Source: Octopus bimaculoides
Lineage: Eukaryota
Reading direction: 5' to 3'
Length of the DNA stretch: 64,000 nucleotides
Assembly (NCBI RefSeq): GCF_001194135.2
Contig: NC_069006.1
Location: forward strand, 6,410,764 to 6,474,763
The translations under genes were made by a program, and so were the position numbers. Below, piece after piece: positions 24,055-36,609 of this stretch (its first letter is position 1; every line of letters starts with the position of its first letter). The notes beneath the pieces are model-generated. The model was not told the origin of the DNA. It ran no database searches and was given only the letters and a program-made list of their open reading frames with translations.

Positions 24055-24215
24055 GGTACAGGCTCTATGGTTCAAAAGCTTCCTTCCCAACCATGTGATC
24101 TTTGGGTTCAGACCTACTGTGTGGTATTTTGAACAAATGCCTTCTACTACAACCCCAGGCCAACTAAAGCCTTATGAGTGGATTTGACTGATGAAAACAA
24201 CTGAAAGAAGCCTGT
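24055..24215 (+). mobile_element. SINE family C, 5' part
   Basis: CTTCCCAACCATGTG..GGGTTCAGACCTACT..TAAAGCCTTATGAGTGGATTTG. Confidence 0.7.
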
Positions 24216-24558
24216 CGCTTGTATATTCTATCTGACTAATATAAGCATGGAAAAGTGGTTATTAAATGATGATGAATGAGTTATATACATACTTATGCCA
24301 ACAAAATGAACAAGCTTATCGATAATGGTATGAAATTGTGATGACTTTTGGTCAATAACTGATGAGGGATGAGCACATCCAGGTCTTGTGCATGATTTTT
24401 TTCCCTGCGTTTCTTCGTTGGGCTTCTGTGCAATTTTTCACTCATATATATACATATATATGTGTGTGTTTGTGTGTATACACACACACACACACACATG
24501 TGCACACACACATGTGCACACACACACATGTGCACACACACACATGTGCACACACACG

Positions 24559-24589
<31 letters not shown>

Positions 24590-25523
24590 GACAGGCTTTT
24601 GTGCAGTTTCATTTTACTATGGGTCACTCACAAAGACATTTGCCTCAGGTACCATGCACTGAGACTGAACTTGAAGACCCATGATTGTAAACCAAGCTGC
24701 TTAACCACAAAGCCACATTTGTGTCTAGCCATAAAATATTAAGAAATTGTTATTTTATATAATGCTTGTTTTAATCACCAGTAATAAGCAATACAAATCC
24801 ATTGTCTTGTACAGGCAGATCTGNNNNNNNNNNNNNNNNNNNNNNNNNNNNNNNNNNNNNNNNNNNNNNNNNNNNNNNNNNNNNNNNNNNNNNNNNNNNN
24901 NNNNNNNNNNNNNNNNNNNNNNNNNNNNNNNNNNNNNNNNNNNNNNNNNNNNNNNNNNNNNNNNNNNNNNNNNNNNNNNNNNNNNNNNNNNNNNNNNNNN
25001 NNNNNNNNNNNNNNNNNNNNNNNNNNNNNNNNNNNNNNNNNNNNNNNNNNNNNNNNNNNNNNNNNNNNNNNNNNNNNNNNNNNNNNNNNNNNNNNNNNNN
25101 NNNNNNNNNNNNNNNNNNNNNNNNNNNNNNNNNNNNNNNNNNNNNNNNNNNNNNNNNNNNNNNNNNNNNNNNNNNNNNNNNNNNNNNNNTTTTTCCATAA
25201 TACTTCAATTAAGTGCCAAGCACAAGTGACCCAGGCCATTTCTAACTCAATAGCACCAGCTGATGAACATTTATAATACTAAATAATTTAAGATTTTTTT
25301 TTTTTTTCAATAAAATATCAATGGTTACAACAGAGGGGGAAATGCATTTTCTACATCTGGACTTTCTAATTAAATCTTAGACACAAATGAAATTTCATGT
25401 CGGACTTCAATTTGTTGAATATTGTCTGATAAAGTTTTTTTTACAAAACACTAAGACAGTAATAAATAAATAAAATATTTTCTCCTTTTATCTTGGTGGT
25501 GGTGTTAGCTGTTGTTGTTGTTG

Positions 25524-25567
<44 letters not shown>

Positions 25568-25649
25568 GACTGAGAGCATATTATTATTATTATTGAGTGC
25601 ATGCCATCAAAGTGACACTGGGGCACGAATATAGAAAGCTCAATATACC

Positions 25650-25908
25650 AATTTATGCTCTTTACATTCTGAGTTCAAATCCTGCCAAAATCAACTTTAC
25701 CTTTCATCCTTTCAGAGCTGATGTAATAAATTATCAGTCAGGTACTGGGACCAATTTAATTAACATACCCACTCCCATCAAAATTGCTGGCCTTCTACCA
25801 AAATTAGAAAGAATTATTATCATTATTATTGAAGGTGGTGAGTTAGAAGAATTCTTAGCATGCTGGTTGAAATGCTTGGCAGCATTTCACCCGTCGCTAC
25901 GTTCTGAG
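25650..25908 (+). mobile_element. Two tandem SINE family A fragments
   Basis: A body plus (ATT) tail (25650-25828), then a second head AAGGTGGTGAGTTAG..CTACGTTCTGAGT. Confidence 0.7.
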
Positions 25909-26184
25909 TAGCAATGTAATAATAGATCATATGGAATTCTAATTTACATCATTACATGTTGTGTTATTAGGCACTTTTACAATATGTATATATATAAAAG
26001 AAACTGCTGGATTTGTTAATATATGTATGGGTACTTATTTCTCTGAGATTGGTCAAGTGATGTAGAAAGGTCTGGTAAGAATTCATTAAGGTTCAAATAT
26101 CAATTAAGGCTTTTCATCCTTTTTTTCAATCTACGAAGAAATAATAAATGTGTCATGAAAGTATTTCTACTAGGTAGATTTCCA

Positions 26185-26513
26185 TGCATGTGTGTGGTTA
26201 AATTATTTAGCTCACGATCATAATATCAGGAGTTTGATTCTTGGTGGCACGTTGTGTCCTTGAGCCCTGAGCAAGATACTCTATTTTCAAGTTGTTCTAG
26301 TCCATTCAGATGGCAAAAATGAGAGTAGTGCCTTATATTTCAGAGGGCCAGCCTTGTCATATTCTGTGTCGCACTGAATGTCCCCCAAGAACTACATTAA
26401 GTGTATGTGTGTCTGTGCAGTGCTCAACCACTTGCATGCTAATTTCATGAGCGCAAGCTGTTCTGTTGGTGGGACCAACTGGAACACTCATCAATGTAAC
26501 TGACGGAATGCCA
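26185..26513 (+). mobile_element. SINE family D
   Basis: tRNA-like head (GGAGTTTGATTC), GTGTCCTTGAGC, TTGTTCTAGTCCATTCAGATGG middle, GGGCCAGCCTTGTCA..AACTGGAAC..GTAACTGACGGAATGCCA tail. Confidence 0.8.
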
Positions 26514-26516
26514 GTT

Positions 26517-26547
<31 letters not shown>

Positions 26548-26693
26548 ACTGGTTCAACAACTAGCCTACCTCCACTTTGAAGAGAGGTTATAGGCCACTG
26601 GCCATTAGGGTCTAAAGAGACACTGTAAAGCTAAGTGCTTTATGGACATGAAATCCTGGGTAACCCCATAGACTGGCCATAACCATCTTTATC

Positions 26694-26724
<31 letters not shown>

Positions 26725-26887
26725 NNNNNNNNNNNNNNNNNNNNNNNNNNNNNNNNNNNNNNNNNNNNNNNNNNNNNNNNNNNNNNNNNNNNNNNNNNNN
26801 NNNNNNNNNNNNNNNNNNNNNNNNNNNNNNNNNNNNNNNNNNNNNNNNNNNNNNNAAAGAATATATATGTATATATATATATATATA

Positions 26888-27102
26888 TCATTATCATCAT
26901 TTAACATCTGCTTTCCATGCTGGCATGGGTTGGATGGTTTGACCTAGGATTGGCAAGCCAGGAGGCTGCACCAGGCTCCACTCTGTTCTGGCAAGGTTTC
27001 TACAGCTGGATGCCCTTCCTAACGCGAACCACTCTGAGAGTGTAGTGGGTGCTTTTTACGTGCCACCAGCATGAGGGCCAGTCAGGTGGCACTGGCAATG
27101 AC
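26888..27102 (-). mobile_element. Family B retroposon
   Basis: CATCATTTAACATCTGCTTTCCATGCTGGCATGGGTTGGATGG..GGATGCCCTTCCTAACGC. Confidence 0.88.
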
Positions 27103-28082
27103 CTACACACACACACACAAATTTCCTTGACCAAATACCCCTTGCAAAACACCAGTTAACCCAACAGAAGATACCACTTTCCTAAAGTGCTATGAAGTGA
27201 GCCTGAACCACACTTCCTAACCACACACCCATAATTCTGTAGTCCTAATAGGATCTATTTCTACCAATTTCCTTCCTAGTTTCACAGTTTTCCTTCTCCA
27301 TTCTAACCATTTCCTTTATGGGATCAACACAGTTCACTAAGTTATTCTCTATCGTCTATTTTCAGAGTGATTGGTTTACTTGTAGAGATCAATACATATT
27401 GGAAATATAACAGAAGAAGATATAAATAAAGATATGGTTTCATTTAATTTCAATAATTGAATTAGCAAGCTTTTTATCAAGAACTTTTTAAGAAAGACAG
27501 AGTTTGAAAATAAGGAAATTGATTAGTGAATTAATTAACTTACCTTGATTATTTTGTGACTTGTTTGATACAGATGACCCTTCCATCTCTGCTGGGTCAA
27601 AGTTCATTTACAAGTGACTACATGATGGACCTGAAATTAAAAGAAATTTCCAGAAACTTAATAAAAAATACAAAGTGAGAATTGAAATATATTTATAAAT
27701 GGTTTACGTGTGTGTGCATGCATGTGCACGTGTGCACACAAGTATGTGTATGTGTGTACACATGCATGTGCACGTGTGTGTGTGCGCATATATATGTGTG
27801 TTAGTGTGTGTGTGATATACCTACATAAATTCGCAAATAAATTAAGAATTTAATCCAAGATCAAAGATCTTTAAAGGCAACAGCAAAGAAAACATTTATT
27901 AGAAGCCAACATATGTGCTTATGAAACATTATCCCACTGCATGTGTGTGTGTGCACACACATGCTTTATATCCTCAATAAACTATAGCTATTTACAAACA
28001 GTATAGTCCAATGATAAAAAATTATATCTAACACACATAACATTCTCTATCAAAACACACACAAAAATCATCATCATCTTAT

Positions 28083-28125
<43 letters not shown>

Positions 28126-28430
28126 NNNNNNNNNNNNNNNNNNNNNNNNNNNNNNNNNNNNNNNNNNNNNNNNNNNNNNNNNNNNNNNNNNNNNNNNNNN
28201 NNNNNNNNNNNNNNNNNNNNNNNNNNNNNNNNNNNNNNNNNNNNNNNNNNNNNNNNNNNNNNNNNNNNNNNNNNNNNNNNNNNNNNNNNNNNNNNNNNNN
28301 NNNNNNNNNNNNNNNNNNNNNNNNNNNNNNNNNNNNNNNNNNNNNNNNNNNNNNNNNNNNNNNNNNNNNNNNNNNNNNNNNNNNNNNNNNNNNNNNNNNN
28401 NNNNNNNNNNNNNNNNNNNNNNNNNNNNNN

Positions 28431-28477
<47 letters not shown>

Positions 28478-29164
28478 CATCATCATACATATATCATCAG
28501 CATAGTATGTATGTATATCATCATTTTGCATCTGCTTCCAATGCTGGGTATATGGGTTGGATAATATAAGTATGTGCATCTGTGTGTGTATACACACTCT
28601 TTATACAGAGATATAGATTTGAACAATAACAATAATAAGAGTAAGCAAAAGAAAATGAAGAGACAGTACGATGATTTAACGATGTATATATGTGCCTGTG
28701 TATGTATATATGTACGTGCGTATGTGTCTGTGTGTGTGTGTGTGTCTATATATATATATTTATATCGTTTTAAGAAAAGCATTCAGCAGTAAATCAACAG
28801 TTCTTCACTTTTCGGAATATTTTCAGCCAATTCCCTACCATTTAATGGGCAGAAAGAAAAAAAACCGTTTTAAATAAATAAAATGTAAATATCTAATGTA
28901 GAAGATCTTTCAAACATGTTAACCATTTCCTAAAATGTTAATCAACTTTTAAAATAGAGTTGTTTGGGTTTTTCCACACGATTAACTTCAAAGTTTGGAT
29001 TTATTTTTTTGAAAACAAACGCAAGAGATTAGGTTAATAGTGTGTAGAAAAAACTAAACTACTTCACTTATAACATAGTCACTAGAGTGTTGAAGTGGAG
29101 TGAGTGATGACTTATGCTAGCATCAGTCAATTAGTCAATCTCTGATAAAATGCTCAACTATGAT

Positions 29165-29626
29165 AGGTGCAGGCAAGGCTGTGTGATAAGAAGCTTGCTT
29201 CTCAACCAAATGGTTCTGGGTTCAGTCCCGTCGTGTGGTACCTTGGGAAAGTGCTTCTACTACAGCCTGGGACAAACCAAAGCCTTGTGAATGGATTTGA
29301 TAGATGGAAAAAGTAAGAAGCCCGTTTTGTGTGTGTGTATCTTTGTGTCTGTGTTTATCCCCACCACCACAATCACCACTGCTTGACAACCTGTGTTGGC
29401 ATGTTTACATTCCCAAAACTTAGTGATTCAACCAAAAGAGTCTGATACAATAAGTACCAGGCTTTAAAAAAAAAAAAATAAGTACTTGGGTTCATTCCCT
29501 TGACAAATTCATACTAGGGTCCATTTGACTCATTCATACTATGGTCCATTCATTTGACAAAGAATTCCTTAAGACAGTGCCCCAGCATGACCACGGTCTA
29601 ATGACTGAAATAAGTGGAAGATAAGA
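29165..29626 (+). mobile_element. SINE family C, full length
   Basis: GGTGCAGGCAAGGCTGTGTGATAAGAAGCTTGCTTC head through a CCCCAGCATGACCACGGTCTAATGACTGAAA tail. Confidence 0.88.
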
Positions 29627-30311
29627 AACAGATTGTATTTATAATGCTGGACATTAAGCTTTTAACTGCAAAATTAAATTTCATGGTTATTCCACTAATG
29701 ATGTTAAATATCTCCCAAAAGACAGAATTGTTATTTTCTGCAAGTTACACTGTCTCAGTAAACTTGATACATTTCAAAAAAAGACAGGATGGTATCTAAA
29801 ACCTTTCTCCCACAGTTAACAGTGATGAAATTTTGAGTGGATATATTTAAATTCTGCTGTAAAAGGGGTGAACATCATCCCACAGCAAAATATAGATGAA
29901 AGTAAAGCAATAGTCTTACATATTTCTCCACTGTATCTCTGGCCTTCATCACCTGAGTAATTAAAGTCAAGCTGTGGTTGCACACAAAACATAGCATAAA
30001 GAAAGAACAGTTTGAAAAAGTAAAGGGAGCCATGTTAAATAATTTTCATCACATGATCATCAAGCTGAGTCACATGTCGCCAAGCAAGATGCACAAAACC
30101 CACCAATAATAAACTAATGATACTACAATATTAATTTTGTAGCTTGTACTGAGAGCTCCTACGTTGAAATAAAAATTTGTAAACCCTGACAACCCAAAAG
30201 AGTTGATATTCTTCTTTTAGTTGTTGCTTTGTCTTAGTGGATCAAAGATAAATTCCCTTCTTCTATCCCCTTGTTTATAACATGTTAATAGATTCCAGTT
30301 TTTAAAGTGAC

Positions 30312-30517
30312 AAGTTGGCAGAACTGTTAGGAGACCAGGCAAAATGCTTGCATTTCGTCCATCTTTACATTCTGAGTTTAAATTTCGTGGGGATCACCTT
30401 TGCCTTTCATCCTTTCAGGGTAGATAACATAAATACCAGTCAAGTACAAGGGTTGATGTAATTGACTTATTCCTTCCCCCAAAATCGCTGGCCTTGTGCC
30501 AAAATTTGAAACCAATA
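30312..30517 (+). mobile_element. SINE family A, (ATT)-type tail
   Basis: GTTGGCAGAACTGTTAG..CTTTGCCTTTCATCCTTTCAGGG..GCTGGCCTTGTGCCAAAATTTGAAACCAATAT. Confidence 0.82.
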
Positions 30518-31954
30518 TATCACACTTTAACATTATTGTTTTGAAAGATACCAGTTTTATAACAAGGTAGACTTGTATTATACCTTTCACAACCTGTAAA
30601 GCATCCTATTGACTATTTTAACAAGTGATTGAGATACAAATTTCTGTATGGATTGAGGTTTCTTTTCCAGTTCAACTGTGATAATGAGAGGCAGATTTAA
30701 GAACACAATGGGATGACTAAATCCTGAGGAAATAGAAATTAAGAGCCCTTGTTGTTAAGCATCTCAAATATAGAGTTCTGAGTTTACCATTTAAATCAAC
30801 TTTGGTAGATTTTAAAGAACTTGAAGCATAAGTCAAAGACAACATAAAATAGTTTTTTGAAACTTCTTCAATTTGTGATTACAACTGAAAATTCCATAAC
30901 AATCAGAATTAACTGTTCTTAGCTAATTAATTAAAAAACACACATTACATTTTCTAAATACTTTCCTTGGTTCTTGAAGAGGATGCATTAAAAAATATAG
31001 CATCGACTTCCTCAATCTAATATAACAAAACCAAATTACATGTGTGTCTGTTTATTAGTTTCAATTTCTCTCTATTTTCTCTTGTCAGCTCTGTCAAATT
31101 TATCCCTGTAATGGCTGACAACAGAAGACTTACTGATTAATACAAATTACACTTCCATACAGGCTGCCAATGATTAATTCTATCGCTCTTTGCACACAGA
31201 GAAGTGCCGCTCTAATGACACCAGTTGTTTGTGGTTGCTATTAAATCAAACACTGACTTGCCAACCAGCAATAATTTAATATATGTCACTAGTCTAATGA
31301 TTGATTCAATTTGATACAGTGGCTGTGTACAAGATACACACAGCTTCTATCTATGTGTTGACCTTCATTTTGGTTCTACCTTGGGGGCAGGATTAAGTGT
31401 CACACCTATCCCTTAATATCACTTTGATTAATTACAATAGTATCTTAATTACTCCTTTGCTCCATTAATAATATATTTAGTAAATGCTCTCATAACACTA
31501 CCTACAATTTATGTTCATCTCATCAGTAAATATATTTGCAAACAGACTGTTATAAACTTCAACTTTTTATTCTTATCATATCCATTCATATTACCTCTGT
31601 TTGTTATATTCTAAACATGTCATCTCTAACATACTTCCTCTCTAATATAATCTGTTGGTTTTATGTCCAACCTCATCACATAATTTAGCATTTTGATTTC
31701 CTCTTTAATTCACAAAGGATTTCTCACTTTGATTTTTCATATTTTCTCCAATGAGTTCATTCCTGTTCTTGTGTTTTGAAACAAAGTTTTATTATTCAAA
31801 ATACTATCCTCCTTCAATCTGCTTTACCAAAAACTGAAGTTGGTTCTGCTTCTATGAATTACCTCATGGGGCAATAACAACATATCTGTCAGACTCAATT
31901 TTACTTGCCCCTCAAACACTTGTATAATTTCTATATTATTTAGTCAATAAAAGG

Positions 31955-32166
31955 TACCCATGCTGGCACCACATAAAAAGCACCTGTGCTGGGGCCACAT
32001 ATACAGCACACTCTATAAAGTGGTCGATGTTAGGGAGGGCATCCAGCTGTAGAAATCATGCTGAAACAGACAACTGGAGCTTGCTGCAGCTCCCTGGCTT
32101 GCCAGCGCCTTGTCAAACCATCCAACCCATGCCAGCATGGAAAATAGATGTTGAATGATGATGATG
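31955..32166 (+). mobile_element. Family B retroposon
   Basis: Head units, GTTAGGGAGGGCATCCAGCTGTAGAAA core, (GAT)n tail. Confidence 0.85.
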
Positions 32167-33435
32167 TTTTATTACAGATTACTACTGTGTGGTTGGTAAT
32201 GTTTCCTGGGTAGCCATTCTATGCCATGACACAAAAAAAAAAAAAAACAGATTTTAGAATCAGCTCACTTATATTCCATGTCACATTGTTACAAAAACAA
32301 TAAAATGGATGTAACATTCATGCATACAATTTAAATTAACTTTTTTTATTTTCAGAAAGAGCCTATATCATTATCAGATATAAAGAGTCACATGTAGTTT
32401 GCTATTGTAGTCAATGTATCTCAAGGACCATTACATTCTTCAGATAAACCTGAAGCTGTTTAGGGGTTGGGGAAGGGGAAGAGACAATGCTCAGTTTCTT
32501 CCATAAAAGTATTAGAAATTTCTATGTATTGAAATGACTATATTCATTAATCAAAATCTATCACTGACTTCATTCCCTAAGATGTTATAGTCTAAGGTGC
32601 TAAAAAAAAAAAAAGAAAAAAAGAGGGCATATCTGATAGCATTTCGATGTTGTAGTTCTAAAAAAAAGGGTCTGTTTGTGTGGTTTCATTATGTAGGGAA
32701 GTAATTATGATACACAATTTTCAAATTCAGTCTGAACATGTTAAAATCAATGATCACGAATAGTTACAATAACAGGCAATTAACCCTCGCCCCAAGTATT
32801 CTGAAATGGTGCCAAATACAATATTTTATGGAGAAATAATGGTACTCCGCTGAGGAAAGACCAGAGTTAACAAAGTGAAAAGAAACTCAATAATTCAACA
32901 CGGTCAACAATTGTGGCTGCTCTTTTCAAATGTTTCATATAATTAGATGTTTAACATAAATATTCTTTTGAAGATAATAGAAGCCGAGGTGTATAGAGCT
33001 AATCTGAAAGAAGTAATGTGAAATGTCTTATGCAGATTGAATGGAGAGCTTCAGTATGTGTGTCAAAGTGCAATATTGATTGAGTGCCCTCCAGCCACAG
33101 CTGCCATACTGACAACAACGAAATAATCAAATCACAAAGCTCTATAGGAATACGACAGCATCAAATAACTAACTGTGGTTACCTGATGCCTCTTTTTTAA
33201 GAGGATTTCACAATTAGTTGAAGATGATAGCTTTCATATCTTTTCCAGTGTGAAGAGCTAAATTATTATTCTCAAGTGAAAGTCACTAAATATCTTATAG
33301 CCGGACAATGGGGGAAGTGGATACTTAATTGTGAGCAGGTTTGAAGTCAGTAATGAAATGAAAACTTGAATTTGATCCTATGATGTTTTGATGTAGATAT
33401 TTCAATATGTTCACCTTCCCACATATACATCTTAC

Positions 33436-33650
33436 ATCTTTTACTTGTTTCAGTCATTAGATTATGACCAAGCTGGGGCATTAACTTGAAGAACTTTTAG
33501 TCAAATTAATCAACCCCAGTACTCATATTTTCTTCTGCTTGCTACTTATTTTATCAGTCTGTTTCACTGGGAACATAAATCAACACTGGTTGTCAAGTGG
33601 TGGTGGGACATGGACACGTGGACCCCCCCCCCACACACACACAATAGGAT
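33436..33650 (-). mobile_element. SINE family C, 3' half
   Basis: TTTTACTTGTTTCAGTCATTAGA..GCTGGGGCA..CAACACTGGTTGTCAAGTGGTGG. Confidence 0.75.
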
Positions 33651-33659
33651 TCTTTCTAG

Positions 33660-34310
33660 ACAAGCTCATATATATTTAAATGATACACTTCTGGAAAGTT
33701 TTACAGATTTTTACAGTTACAGTGGATGGATTGGATCTGTAGTCTGAACCAGCTTTCTCCTTTCTGGTTTTGAGAAGCCTAATTTCTCAAGATTGGTATT
33801 TAGGCAGAGTGTTACATATCCCAAGGCCCCAATAATTACAGGTATAAACCTGAACTTGTAATCTGGATAGAGTAACTGCAGATTTCTCAATAGTTCATCA
33901 TAGGTATTCTCTTTTCCACTGATCTTCAGCTTTATGTTAACATCCGCTGGGCAGCTGATTTCCAGAACTGTACACAATTTCTCTTCTCTATCCCAAATCA
34001 TTATATCAGGTCTGTTGTGCTTACATTTTATTGAGGTCTTCACTGGGACATTCCACCAGTATTCCTTTTCATTATGAGTGGCTGTGGCTTCTACCATATT
34101 GTGGGTTTTTATTTCTTTGTCTTTGGGATTATCCTTCCAACAGATTTCATTATAGAGTGTCCTAGCTACAGCATCATGTCTCAGCAGTAGATAATACCAT
34201 GACATTTTCAGGCAACAGCTTATGATGTGGGTGATATCTTCACAAAGTTTGCATCGGTTGTCATATTTTACTGCTTTTCCTGCATCTCAATCCCTTTTGT
34301 GCATCAGGTA
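33660..34310 (-). mobile_element. 5'-truncated R4/Dong-type non-LTR retrotransposon (CCHC knuckle and REL endonuclease), pseudogenic
   Basis: One frame reads YLMHKRD*DAGKAVKYDNRCKLCEDITHIISCCLKMSWYYLLLRHDAVAR..KHNRPDIMIWD..LEISCPADVN..KENTYDELL. This gives CxxC-H-C, RHD and PD-(D/E)xK motifs. It carries one in-frame TGA and a late frameshift before TVKICKTFQK. Confidence 0.88.
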
Positions 34311-34322
34311 TGTATGTATGTA

Positions 34323-34369
<47 letters not shown>

Positions 34370-34812
34370 ATAGGATGCTGAATCTGAGAATAGTAAAATA
34401 ACAAAGGAGTGCAGCAAGTGATGAGATGTCGAGTGTAAAACATGATCCATCTAACTCATGCAGACACAAAAATGATGATGATGATGATGATTACCATCAT
34501 TTATGACCATTTCTCCATTTCTCATGTTTGTCTTTACTTTTATTTTGTAATTTAAAAAAAAAAAAAACAGAAGTTATTTAAAAAAAATTTTTTTTTTTTC
34601 CTAAAGTCTAATCACAAAACACAGAGATGTCATAGAAATTAGTGTTTTGTATTATTTTTATAACAGAAAATGTTGATTAGTTACAATGTTTAACCAATCT
34701 TTTGAAGACAAATACAGGAAGAAAACAAAAAGCAAAAAGTAGAAAAATTTATACTCTTAGTTATAACTTTGGTGATGCAATCAGGAAATATAGGACTCAA
34801 AACATGTGTATA

Positions 34813-35706
34813 CATGGTCTGATCAATAAGTATCCGGATAGTTGCCATAGTAACAAAGCTAAAGCATGCAGAGTAAAGCCATTTGACACAGACTGACCTT
34901 GAACTCTGCTATTCATGTGCACTAAGTTTTAACATTCTAGCTCAATTCCGCTGTTTACAGCAGTGCTAGGAAGGAAGGTGTATAGCGTGTGATCATCGTA
35001 TTGATATTAACAGAGAAAGTTGAGCAGAGAATCTGCATCAAATTTTGCCAAAAGCTTGGTGATACCTACTTGGAGGCTTACGCAAAGTTTTCAAAAAGTT
35101 TTCATCGTTCTCACAACAATCAAGGAGATCTTGTGCAACTGAAACCCGAGTGTCTTCTTGGTCAGCTGAAAGCAGTTGTGGCACAAACTTGGCAGACATG
35201 CATCTCGTATGTAAATCTTCAGTGATAATGGACTGAACTGAACCGTAACTAATCTGCACATCCTCTGATAACTCATGGATGCTGATTCGACAATTTCCCC
35301 TCACGGCCGCATGCACATCTGCAATGTTTTACTCAGTTTTGCTGGTTGTGGGTCTCCCAGAATATTCATCGATATCAACATTTTTTGGCCATCTTGGAAA
35401 CGTTTGAACCACTCAGACACTTGTGTGTGGCTCATACACCCCTCCCCATACACTTTCTGCAACTTTGTGTAGGCCTCTGAGCAGGTATCAACATGACAAC
35501 TTTCTCTGTCATGGTCCATGCGATTATCACATGCTACACACCTTCCTTCCAAACACTACTATTAACAGCAGAAGTGAGCTAGAATGTTAAAACTTAGCAC
35601 GCATGCACAGCAGAGTTCAAAGTTAATCTCTGCCAAGCAGCTTAACTCTGCATGCTTTAGCTTCATTACTATGGCAACAGTCTGGATACTTATTGATCAG
35701 ACCTTG
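34813..35706. mobile_element. mariner derivative made of two head-out 5' ends (transposase N-terminal fragments on both strands)
   Basis: TA|CA(T/A)GGTCTGATCAATAAGTATCC at both ends. + arm encodes EKVEQRICIKFCQKLGDT..EAYAK. - arm encodes SEAYTKLQKVYGEGCMSHTQVSEWFKRFQDG, then after a frameshift RISIHELSEDVQISYGSVQSIITEDL..SAKFVPQLL..DENFLKT. Confidence 0.9.
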
Positions 35707-36404
35707 TATATATATATTTTTTTTAATAAATATTTGTCCAACCCATGCCAGCATGGAAAACAGACGTTAAATGATGATGATTTAGAAAAAGCAAAAAAGT
35801 GACTCAAGGGCCAAGAGTTTTGCACATTAGCACTTATCAAAATACTAAATATAAATAAAAGTATACTCTTAGTTATTTTTCATTTTCTCTTGGCTTCTTT
35901 AAAAATATGTTTTTCATTCTGACTTTGATGAAGAAACATAAGTAAAAAAAAAAAAGAAAAAGCTAAATGACTGCAAACAAACTAAAATCCTCCAAGCCAA
36001 ATTTCATAAATATTGGACATAAACAAAGGTCCATGAGAAAATAAACTTTATCCTTGAAGACACAATTTTCACCATTTTCTTTTCTTTTTTCTTCTTGCTC
36101 AAACCTTTTCCCACCCAAACAAATATTTTTTTTTTCCTATACAGTTTTCCATGTTGTCATTAAAAAATGGCTCTGCTCAGCAAATTTGGATATTTCTACA
36201 TAAATTGTGAGAGTAAACATGTTTACAAATGAATAGATATTTTTAATTTATGGAGTGCAAGCAACCTTCCATTCCACTAAATATGCTTAACTCTCACTCA
36301 CAAGTGAGTGTGACCTAGTAGTATCTACCACACTTTCACTAACTGCTTTAGGTCCCTATGTAATCATGGGCAGGTATAGACAATATATAGGCCTGCCTAC
36401 TCCT

Positions 36405-36558
36405 TGGCTCTGTGGAACGGGTTGCACCAGGACTAGACTGGGACACATTTTCAGCTGAAGCAACATGAAATGGTGTGTCTTGCTCAAGGACACAATGCAC
36501 AACTTGGTCCAGGAATTATACTCACAACAGCCTAACCACTATGCGGTGTACCATCACC
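36405..36558 (-). mobile_element. SINE family D-like fragment
   Basis: CAGCTGAAGCAACATGAAATGGTGTGTCTTGCTCAAGGACACAATGCAC..CCTAACCACTA is the reverse complement of the D head and middle. Confidence 0.7.
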
Positions 36559-36609
36559 TATGAAATATATATTATGTTTTAAAAACACACACATCTGTAC
36601 ATGTTAATG

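Noticed and set aside
24359-24385. Hammerhead ribozyme candidate CTGATGA-G-GGATG-AGCA-CATCC
   Set aside because: The stem II-like hairpin is not followed by the required GAAA, and I could not form stems I and III.
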